A model generated the notes under the pieces. It worked only from the letters and a program-made list of their open reading frames with translations, ran no database searches and had not been told where the DNA came from. Both the position numbers and the translations under genes were made by a program. Positions 40,610-48,288 of a DNA stretch of 64,000 bases are shown here, in pieces. Position 1 is the first letter of the stretch; every line of letters begins with the position of its first letter. This stretch comes from an uncultured bacterium (GTDB taxonomy: Bacteria > Auribacterota > Erginobacteria > Erginobacterales > Erginobacteraceae): contig CAWGIE010000010.1 in NCBI GenBank assembly GCA_963822585.1, positions 32,001 through 96,000 on the forward strand. Reading direction: 5' to 3'.

Positions 40610-40975
40610 ATGACTCCGATCGATAGTTTCTCATCTATGGCGGTTAGGTATCTGCCGGGGATTCTTTTCGGAGGATTCCTGCTTTGGCGGGCAGCGGCAC
40701 CGTTGCTGGTCATCCACGATATCAAGAAAGGAGCCCTCAAACCCGATTCGGGAGGTTTCTTCATTTTCCAGGGGATCGCCTTCGTGACGCCCTGTGCCTT
40801 TCTAGCGAAGGCTTTATTTACTCAAGGGGAATGGATCGTTTTTAGCATCTTTTTCCTGTCCGCCATCCTGTCAATCGGAGCAGGTGCATATATTATCAAG
40901 CTGAATAAAGCTCTAAAGCTGGAAGAGGAAAATATCGACGACCCGATTAAAGAGAAGCTCGACGAAAAGCATTGA
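40610..40975 (+). CDS. Small membrane protein
   Basis: 121-aa ORF with about 3 hydrophobic segments. Confidence 0.65.
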   Translation: MTPIDSFSSMAVRYLPGILFGGFLLWRAAAPLLVIHDIKKGALKPDSGGFFIFQGIAFVTPCAFLAKALFTQGEWIVFSIFFLSAILSIGAGAYIIKLNKALKLEEENIDDPIKEKLDEKH

Positions 40976-40977
40976 AG

Positions 40978-41030
40978 TTACTTGACCGGATCGCCAGTCT
41001 TGTCGCAAGACTGGCGATTCCGTCAAGTAA
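40978..41030. terminator. Long hairpin after the membrane protein gene
   Basis: ttacttgaccggatcgccagtcttg-tcg-caagactggcgattccgtcaagtaa. Confidence 0.55.
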
Positions 41031-41520
41031 GATAAAATTCCCCATCCTCTTGCCACCCTGTTGGTAACGGATATTTCACCATCAGGCCTCATCCCAGTAC
41101 TTCCGTTACCGTTAATTTGATGTCTAAAATATTTATCCTTTTCACCTTGGTTTGAGTCTCCATTTCTCTTTCTCTAAATTAGCCTTAATTTCCCCACCCC
41201 CCTATTTTTCCTTGATCAATATATTATTGAAGCGTAAAATATTTAAACCTTATGAAGTAACATCACCTTTGCCATCTCCAATTGGCCGGAGCTGTAAAAG
41301 GGGTAATGAGAGATTGGGCTGCCAACTAAATCAACGAATTAAAGATTAGGGGATAAAAATAGCCGGTGTTATACCCAAATCACCATAACTCTTTTATCCC
41401 GGTGTTATGGAAAACAGACAGTTGTTTCGGATAGACTGAGAAAGCAAAAGTTTCGGCGGAGTGTATTCTTAATAATATCCTTGAACTGATAATCCTGCAT
41501 GAATTCTCGCAACTGGAGAT

Positions 41521-41542
41521 TGTGTAGAAGAATTAGTTCGGC
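41521..41542 (+). other. Putative integron attI / first cassette recombination point
   Basis: tgtagaagaattaGTTCGGC; GTTCGGCT is complementary to AGCCGAAC at the end of cassette 1. Confidence 0.5.
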
Positions 41543-41562
41543 TAAGGTAACCACCTATCCAC

Positions 41563-41976
41563 ATGCAATCACGCCCGCAATCCACGCGCATCCGCGCAAC
41601 AGATGCATTGCAGAAAGCGCTTAAACCGATCGCTTCACTAATCAGCAAGTCTGAGAAGGCACAGCAGAAACTGGCGCCGGGAACGTGGCAACATACGATG
41701 CTTCGAAACAATCTCGAAGCGTTACACGTTGCGCTCGCGCTGATGAACAAGGACACTGGCGATACGGGGACTTTCGCACAAGCCACTTTGCAGGAAGCCC
41801 TCCGCGCGTTTGCTCCAATGATATGCAAGACGGAGAAAGCCCTGGCGGCATTCCCGCCCGGCACTCCCCAACACACCTTGCAACGAAACAGACTCAAGGC
41901 GTTGCGCGCAGCGGAAGCACTGATCACGACGGAATTGGACAGGCAGCGGGTTCCAGAGAAAGACCTGCGTAAATGA
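41563..41976 (+). CDS. Integron cassette hypothetical protein with internal repeat (PGTWQHT/PGTPQHT)
   Basis: 137-aa ORF between GTTCGGC and attC. Confidence 0.75.
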   Translation: MQSRPQSTRIRATDALQKALKPIASLISKSEKAQQKLAPGTWQHTMLRNNLEALHVALALMNKDTGDTGTFAQATLQEALRAFAPMICKTEKALAAFPPGTPQHTLQRNRLKALRAAEALITTELDRQRVPEKDLRK

Positions 41977-41979
41977 AAA

Positions 41980-42037
41980 GCCGAACCAGCACATCCACGG
42001 TACGGTGTGCCGCCGCCTGTGATGTGCGACGTTCGCA
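41980..42037 (+). mobile_element. attC site
   Basis: R'' GCCGAAC, gcacatccac / gtgatgtgc pairing with one extrahelical base, R' GTTCGCA; 58 bp. Confidence 0.8.
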
Positions 42038-42050
42038 CTGAAGGAAATAT

Positions 42051-42425
42051 ATGAAACGAATCATCCTGCTTATCGGCGCAGTGGCGGTCCTCGCGGCATC
42101 TGCCGCTCTTGCCAAGCGTGCGGCCCCGGCCCCCGTCGTCACCGTTCATGACGGGCATATGGAATATCGAGCACCTCACTCTTACATGGGGTGCGTCGAG
42201 GCTTGGGATTCGGGAAAGAAGAAACTCGTTTGGCGGCGTCAAATTTACACCGTCACATACGATGCCGACCTTGAGCAAGATGTGCAAGATGTCTATATCA
42301 CCGGCATCTCGCTCAAAGGAGACATTCTGACGGTCACCAACGAACGGGATTCAGTTTATGAGTTGAATTTAAAAACGTTGGAAGTCAAGGTCGTGAAAGG
42401 CGCTGCCGTAGAGAAGCACGACTGA
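42051..42425 (+). CDS. Integron cassette secreted hypothetical protein
   Basis: Signal peptide MKRIILLIGAVAVLAASAALA; AAGGA RBS directly after attC. Confidence 0.8.
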   Translation: MKRIILLIGAVAVLAASAALAKRAAPAPVVTVHDGHMEYRAPHSYMGCVEAWDSGKKKLVWRRQIYTVTYDADLEQDVQDVYITGISLKGDILTVTNERDSVYELNLKTLEVKVVKGAAVEKHD

Positions 42426-42428
42426 GAT

Positions 42429-42478
42429 TGCGCGCACGGACACCCCCTTCGGGGTCGCCGCTCAGCCGCCCGTTCGGC
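42429..42478 (+). mobile_element. Degenerate attC (left half damaged)
   Basis: TGCG without AAC, central hairpin acccc-cttc-ggggt, right half gctcagccgcccGTTCGGC. Confidence 0.55.
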
Positions 42479-42480
42479 TC

Positions 42481-43062
42481 ATGAAGACAATGAGAGCTAT
42501 CATCACGATACTGACTGTGTGTCTCGCGTTCGCAAGCACTACGCATGCGGGGGGATCATCAACAAATCGGCCTGCGTCATGGGCAACACCGATGACGCTC
42601 GCCGGAGTCCCAAATCTTCACAGGGTGTCTACAAATCTCTACCGCAGCGCGCAACCTACCGCTGAAGGCATGCGTAATCTCGCGCAGTTGGGAATCAAGA
42701 CAGTGATCAACCTGCGTTCGTTCCACAGTGATCAAGACGAGATCGCGGGGACTTCGTTGAAAAGCGAACATATCCGTATGAAGACATGGCACCCGGAAGT
42801 CGAGGATGTCGTTAAGTTCCTTCGCATCATCAATGAACCCACAAGCGGTCCGGTGCTTCTGCATTGCCAGCACGGAGCGGATCGAACCGGCACAATGTGC
42901 GCCATCTACCGTATTGCCGTGCAGGGCTGGTCCAAAGAGCAAGCGCTCGAAGAGATGACGAAAGGTGGGTTTGGATTTCATACGATGTGGCAGAACCTGC
43001 CACCTTGGATTGATTCCCTTGATGTGCAGCAAATTAAAAGTGATGCGGGAATGAAGAACTGA
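42481..43062 (+). CDS. Secreted dual-specificity/tyrosine phosphatase family protein (cassette)
   Basis: Signal peptide; LYRSAQP, GIKTVINLR, HCQHGADRTG (HCX5R). Confidence 0.9.
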   Translation: MKTMRAIITILTVCLAFASTTHAGGSSTNRPASWATPMTLAGVPNLHRVSTNLYRSAQPTAEGMRNLAQLGIKTVINLRSFHSDQDEIAGTSLKSEHIRMKTWHPEVEDVVKFLRIINEPTSGPVLLHCQHGADRTGTMCAIYRIAVQGWSKEQALEEMTKGGFGFHTMWQNLPPWIDSLDVQQIKSDAGMKN

Positions 43063-43120
43063 GCCGAACGGGCTGCTGAGCTTCCGCTCCAGCGTCCGCG
43101 CTGGCGCGCGGCAGAACTAA
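43063..43120 (+). mobile_element. Truncated attC (left half only)
   Basis: GCCGAACgggctgctgagc right after the stop; complementary to the cassette start; no R' GTT found. Confidence 0.45.
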
Positions 43121-43142
43121 CGCTGGAACAGCCTCGTGAACC

Positions 43143-43171
43143 TTGACACCCCCCATCCTTGACGATACAAT
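43143..43171 (+). promoter_or_regulatory. Putative sigma70 promoter
   Basis: TTGACA-17 nt-TACAAT upstream of the APC permease. Confidence 0.7.
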
Positions 43172-43240
43172 TCTCGCCGTCACGAAAAATTCACATCCAC
43201 TTTCACATCCATTGTATTGACACGCTGAAGCGCCGATGCG

Positions 43241-45229
43241 ATGAGCAGCACGAAACCCTCTCTCCTCCAGCGTCTGAAAGTCCTGGTGATCGGGGGCGCC
43301 CACAGCCTCCACGACCACTCCCTCTTTCATAAACTCTCCCTGATCGCCTTCTTCGCCTGGGTCGGTTTGGGGGCGGACGGCCTCTCCTCCTCCTGTTACG
43401 GCCCGGCGGAAGCCTTCCTCGCCCTCAACGGCCGGGTTTACCTGGCCGTTTTCGTCGCCCTCGGTTCCGCCATCACGGTCTTCGTCATCAGCACCAGCTA
43501 CTCCCAGATCATCGAGCTTTTTCCCACCGGGGGCGGAGCCTATTTCGTGGCCGGCAAGCTGCTCTCTCCCTCGATGGGGATGGTCGCCGGCTGCGCCCTC
43601 CTGGTCGATTACGTCCTCACCATCACCCTCTCCATCGCCAGCGGGGCCGAGGCGATCTTCAGTTTCCTCCCCGCCGAGTGGCAGTCCTATAAGCTCGCTT
43701 TCGCGGTGGCCGGGGTGGTGGTCCTGATCCTGCTTAACCTGCGGGGGGCCAAGGAATCGGTCCTCCCCCTGGTGCCGATCTTCATGATCTTCCTCGGCAC
43801 CCACGCCTTTGTCATCATTTACGGCTGCCTCACCCACCTGCCCGAGCTTCCCGCCGTGGCCGGAGGGACCGCGGCCGAGGTCCGGCGGGCCAGCGCGGAG
43901 ATCGGGATCGCGGGGATGATCTTCCTGATCCTGCGCGCCTTCAGCATGGGGGCGGGCACCTACACCGGGATCGAGGCGGTGAGCAACGGCCTCCCCCTCC
44001 TGCGGGAGCCGAAAGTGCAGACCGGCAAGCGGACCATGCGCTACATGGCCGTCTCCCTCGCCTTCATGGCCCTGGGGCTGATGATCGTTTTTCTCCTCTA
44101 CCAGGTGAGTTCCCAGCCCGGCAAGACTCTCAACGCCAGCCTCTTCGATCGGGCCACGGCGGGGTGGGGGAAGACGGAGGCCTATATCTTCGTCCTGGCG
44201 GCGCTCATCTCCGAGGCGGCCATCCTCTTCGTGGCCGCCCAGACCGGTTTCCTGGGCGGACCGCGGGTGCTGGCGAACATGGCCATGGACCGGTGGGTCC
44301 CCACCCGGTTCGCCCTCCTCAGCGACCGCTTCGTCTCCCAGAACGGGGTCCTCCTGATGGGGGGGGCGGGGCTGGTCCTGATGATCCTCACCGGCGGCTC
44401 GGTCCATTTCCTGATCGTGCTCTACAGTATCAACGTTTTCGTCACCTTCGTCCTCGCCCAGCTGGGGATGGTGCGCCACTGGTGGTGGTCTCGCCTCAAA
44501 CTGAAGCACTGGCGGAGGAAGCTCTTCATCAACGGCCTGGGGCTGGTCATCTGCGTGTTCATCCTTCTCTCGGTGGTGGTGGTGAAGTTCAACGACGGGG
44601 GGTGGATCACCTTACTGGTCACCGGCTCCCTGATCGTGATCGTGATTCTGATCAAGAGGCATTATGAAAACACCGGCCGGATGCTGCGCCGGCTGGACAG
44701 CCTGGTGGAGGCGGCCGAGATTCCCTCTCCCTCCGTTCTCGCCGGTGAAAAGGCGCCGCCGGAGTTCGACCCCGAAGCGAGAACGGCCGTCCTCCTCGTC
44801 AGCGGCTATAACGGGATGGGTCTGCACACCCTGTTCAACGTCTTCCGCATGTTCGGGGATACCTTCAAGAATTTCGTTTTCCTGGAGATCGGCGCGGTCG
44901 ACGTCGGGGTCTTTCAGGGCGCGTCCGAACTGGAACGGCTCCAGTCCAAGGTGAGAAAAGACCTCGACCAATACGTCGGCTACCTCAGGAAGAACGGCTA
45001 CTACGCCGAGGGCTTCTTCCGGATCGGGACCGACGTCGTGGCCGAGATCACCACTATCGCCCCGACGGTCCTGGCCCGCTTCCCCCAGGCGGTCTTTTTC
45101 GGGGGGCGGCTGGTCTTCGACCAGGACTCGTTCGTCTCCCGCTGGCTGCACAACTACACCGTCTTCGCCGTGCAGAAGAAATTCTCCTACCTGGGGATCC
45201 CCTTCTTCGTCCTCCCGATCCGGATGTGA
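43241..45229 (+). CDS. APC family permease, KimA/YdaO-like (probable K+ transporter)
   Basis: ADGLSSSCYG, GGGAY, DYVLT, TGIEAVSNG; soluble C-terminal domain. Confidence 0.8.
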   Translation: MSSTKPSLLQRLKVLVIGGAHSLHDHSLFHKLSLIAFFAWVGLGADGLSSSCYGPAEAFLALNGRVYLAVFVALGSAITVFVISTSYSQIIELFPTGGGAYFVAGKLLSPSMGMVAGCALLVDYVLTITLSIASGAEAIFSFLPAEWQSYKLAFAVAGVVVLILLNLRGAKESVLPLVPIFMIFLGTHAFVIIYGCLTHLPELPAVAGGTAAEVRRASAEIGIAGMIFLILRAFSMGAGTYTGIEAVSNGLPLLREPKVQTGKRTMRYMAVSLAFMALGLMIVFLLYQVSSQPGKTLNASLFDRATAGWGKTEAYIFVLAALISEAAILFVAAQTGFLGGPRVLANMAMDRWVPTRFALLSDRFVSQNGVLLMGGAGLVLMILTGGSVHFLIVLYSINVFVTFVLAQLGMVRHWWWSRLKLKHWRRKLFINGLGLVICVFILLSVVVVKFNDGGWITLLVTGSLIVIVILIKRHYENTGRMLRRLDSLVEAAEIPSPSVLAGEKAPPEFDPEARTAVLLVSGYNGMGLHTLFNVFRMFGDTFKNFVFLEIGAVDVGVFQGASELERLQSKVRKDLDQYVGYLRKNGYYAEGFFRIGTDVVAEITTIAPTVLARFPQAVFFGGRLVFDQDSFVSRWLHNYTVFAVQKKFSYLGIPFFVLPIRM

Positions 45230-45474
45230 CCTCAGATTTGTAGGCGTTTTTCTTCCCTCGCCTCGGGTTACTCGAAAAGGGGCCTCATCGAGGTGTGGGA
45301 GGCGGGGTGTGATTTTTTGACGGTGGTACAATACCTGCAGCCGTCGGGGGATCACCTACCCGACGCGGCTACAAATCGCCTGATTTTTTCGACCGGAGCA
45401 GGGTCAAAGCGGATCCGCTCATTTCGCAGCAGGGGCGTGGGACCGCGGTTCCTACCGGGCGGACCGGGCCCCGG

Positions 45475-46848
45475 TCAAAGTTCGAGGATAGTCTTGTTGG
45501 CCGCTTCGGCCGCGTGGGCCAGGGTTTCCGCCAACGTGGGATGAGCATGGATCGTTCGGGAAAGGTCTTCCATATCCGCTCCCATTTCCAGCGCCAGCGT
45601 CGCTTCCGCGATCAATTCCCCGGCGTGGCAACCCGCGATCGCCGCCCCGATGACCCTGCCCGTTTCCTTGTCAAAGAGCAGCCTCGTTTTACCATTCTCG
45701 CACCCCTGTGTCAGGGCCCGCCCGCTGGCCGCCCAGGGGAATTCACCCTTAATGAAGTCAATACCCTTTTCTTTCGCCTCTTTCTCGGTAAGCCCGCACC
45801 AGGCGATTTCGGGGATGGTATAGGCCACTGACGGAATGGCCCGGGCGATAAAGGCGGATTTGAGGCCGGCCGCGACCTCCGCCGCGACCCTTCCTTCATG
45901 ACTGGCCTTGTGGGCCAGCATCGGGCCGGCTGTGACATCTCCGATGGCGAAGATGTGGGAAACAGATGTCTTTTGCGTTTCGTCGACGGGAATCCTTCCC
46001 TGCTCGTCCGTGTCGATCCCGGTCGCCTCGAGGTTGATCCGGTCGGTATTGGGGGACCTCCCGATAGCGACCAGGGCGGCGTCGAAAGCGTTTTCTCCGC
46101 CCCCGAAAACCGCACGGATCTTTTTCCCCTCGGCCGCGATGGATTCAAGTCTGGTGCCGAGAAGGATGGAAATGCCGAGGTCCGCGGACTTCTTCTGCAG
46201 AATCGCGGCCATATCGCGGTCGGCGGCCGGAATGAGCTGGCCGGCCATTTCCACCACGGTGACCCGGCTGCCCAGGGCGCGGTAGACAGCCGCCATTTCC
46301 ATGCCGATGATACCGCCCCCCAGGATCAGGAAGTCTTCCGGCACCGTTTCGAGTTTCAGGGCGTCCGTGGAATCCCATATCCGTTCGTCCGCAGGGGCCC
46401 CCGGCAGCCGGATGGGTTTCGATCCGACCGCGATAACGCACTGCTCGAATTCAACGCTGCGCTTTTCCGAACCGCTCCGGACGATCACGCGGCTGGGGGA
46501 ATCAAAGACACCCCGGCCGGTGACGACCTCGACGGACCTCTTTTTGGCCAGGGCGCCGAGGCCGCGGGTCAGCCGGCCGACCACTTTGTCCCGGTGCTTG
46601 CGGATTTTATCCAGATCCAGATCAGGGTCGGGAAACCCAACGCCCCAGGCGGCAAGTTCCCGCGCCTGAATGATCTGTTCCGCCAGATGGAGAAGGGTCT
46701 TGGACGGAATGCACCCCACGTTCAGGCAGACTCCGCCCAGGGTCGGACTCTCTTCCACCAGGGTCACTTTTTTTCCCAGATCGGCGGCTCGAAACGCGGC
46801 GGTGTAACCGCCGGGTCCGCCGCCCAGGATCAGCAGCTCGGCCGGCAT
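45475..46848 (-). CDS. lpdA: Dihydrolipoyl dehydrogenase (E3)
   Basis: GGGPGGY, GGVCLNVGCIPSK, MLAHKA, HAHPTLAE; GGAGG RBS before MPAELL. Confidence 0.96.
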   Translation of the reverse strand: MPAELLILGGGPGGYTAAFRAADLGKKVTLVEESPTLGGVCLNVGCIPSKTLLHLAEQIIQARELAAWGVGFPDPDLDLDKIRKHRDKVVGRLTRGLGALAKKRSVEVVTGRGVFDSPSRVIVRSGSEKRSVEFEQCVIAVGSKPIRLPGAPADERIWDSTDALKLETVPEDFLILGGGIIGMEMAAVYRALGSRVTVVEMAGQLIPAADRDMAAILQKKSADLGISILLGTRLESIAAEGKKIRAVFGGGENAFDAALVAIGRSPNTDRINLEATGIDTDEQGRIPVDETQKTSVSHIFAIGDVTAGPMLAHKASHEGRVAAEVAAGLKSAFIARAIPSVAYTIPEIAWCGLTEKEAKEKGIDFIKGEFPWAASGRALTQGCENGKTRLLFDKETGRVIGAAIAGCHAGELIAEATLALEMGADMEDLSRTIHAHPTLAETLAHAAEAANKTILEL

Positions 46849-46888
46849 TCCGATCGGCCTCCGGTCTGTTTCAACCAACGCAATGTCA

Positions 46889-48277
46889 TTATAATGACAG
46901 GTTCCTTATGTCGCTCAATTCGTCGGAAAGGAAACGGCAAAATCTCGCTCCAGCGGCGCCGTCGATCAGCCGGTGGTCGTAGGAGAGTGAGAACGGGAGG
47001 GTATAACGCGGGACAAAGGCGCGGCTCTCCTCATCCCAGGCCGAGGTGATACCGGCCCGGGCCAGCCCGAGGATCGCCACCTCGGGAGGGTTGATCAGCG
47101 GCGTGAAACCCAGTCCCCCGATACCGCCGAGGCTGGAGATCGTAAAACTCGCTCCCGATATATCTTCCGTCGTCAGCCGGCCTTTTCGGGCCTTCTCCGC
47201 CAGGTCCATCAGTTCCTTCCCGATTTCGATCAGACCTTTGGAATCCGCGTCCCTGATCACCGGCACCGTCAGGCCTTGATCGGTGTCGACGGCAAAGCCG
47301 ATATGGTAATATTTTTTCATTACATAGCGTCCCTCTTCGGGAAGGATCGTCGCGTTGAAGAGCGGGAATTTTTTCAGGGCGACGGTGCAGGCCTTGATCG
47401 CGAAGGCGAGAAGCGTCAGGCGGATGCCTTGCTCCTCCAGCTTCTTATTGGCTTTTTTTCGAAACTCCTCCAGGTCATTGATATAGGCCTCGTCAAAGTG
47501 GGTAACCAGGGGGACCGTCTGCCAGCCCTGCTGGAGGCGGCGGCCGCCGATCTTCTTGACGCGTGACAGTTCGGCGATCTCGATCTCGCCGAATTCCTTG
47601 AATGAGGCCGGGTCCACCCGGATAGCCGCCGGAGCGGTCCCGGCAAGCCGCTCTTTGACAAAGGCGGCAACGTCTTCCCTGCGGATTCGGCCCTTGGGCC
47701 CCGAACCGGTTACCCGGGAGAGGTCGACTCCCAGCTCGCGGGCGTACAGCCTAACGGAAGGAGAGGCGTGGCTCGGTCTGGCGACCCCCGTCGGCGGCGT
47801 GGCGGTCCCTTTTCCGGCGGCCGGTTTCTCGGCGGCTTCGACCGGCTTCTCCCCGGTCTCTTTCCCGGCGGCCGGTTTCTCGGCGGCTTCCTCCGGCTTC
47901 CCCCCGGACACTTTTTCGGCTGCAGGCTTATCGGCCGGTTCGCCGGCTTCCTGTTTTTGCGGTTCGGTTTTTTTCGCGTCCGCCGGTTTTGATTCTTCCC
48001 GGGCGGCTTCTCCTTCGGGGGCGCCCTCATCGTCATCATGGACTTCCATGACGCCGACCAGGTCCCCTTCGGAAACCAGATCGTTGACCTTGACGGCGAT
48101 GCTGATGATTTTTCCGCTCCGGGGAGCGGGAATTTCCATCACCGCCTTGTCGCTTTCCAGGGCGATGACGGGGTCGTCCCGCTTGACGGTGCTTCCCTCT
48201 TTTACGAATATCTCCACGACGGGAACGTCTTTATAATCGCCCAGATGGGGTATCTTGATTTCCATGGTATTCGGCAT
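46889..48277 (-). CDS. aceF: Pyruvate dehydrogenase E2 (single lipoyl domain)
   Basis: LESDKAVMEIP, HASPSVR...GSGPKGRI, SYDHRLIDGA. Confidence 0.95.
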   Translation of the reverse strand: MPNTMEIKIPHLGDYKDVPVVEIFVKEGSTVKRDDPVIALESDKAVMEIPAPRSGKIISIAVKVNDLVSEGDLVGVMEVHDDDEGAPEGEAAREESKPADAKKTEPQKQEAGEPADKPAAEKVSGGKPEEAAEKPAAGKETGEKPVEAAEKPAAGKGTATPPTGVARPSHASPSVRLYARELGVDLSRVTGSGPKGRIRREDVAAFVKERLAGTAPAAIRVDPASFKEFGEIEIAELSRVKKIGGRRLQQGWQTVPLVTHFDEAYINDLEEFRKKANKKLEEQGIRLTLLAFAIKACTVALKKFPLFNATILPEEGRYVMKKYYHIGFAVDTDQGLTVPVIRDADSKGLIEIGKELMDLAEKARKGRLTTEDISGASFTISSLGGIGGLGFTPLINPPEVAILGLARAGITSAWDEESRAFVPRYTLPFSLSYDHRLIDGAAGARFCRFLSDELSDIRNLSL

Positions 48278-48288
48278 GGCGTCTGTCC

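Noticed and set aside
40980..41520. Integron integrase upstream of the putative attI
   Set aside because: No ORF of suitable size and no tyrosine-recombinase motifs seen on either strand
43172..43240. c-di-AMP (ydaO) riboswitch before the KimA-like gene
   Set aside because: The leader after the predicted promoter is only about 65 nt and lacks the motif
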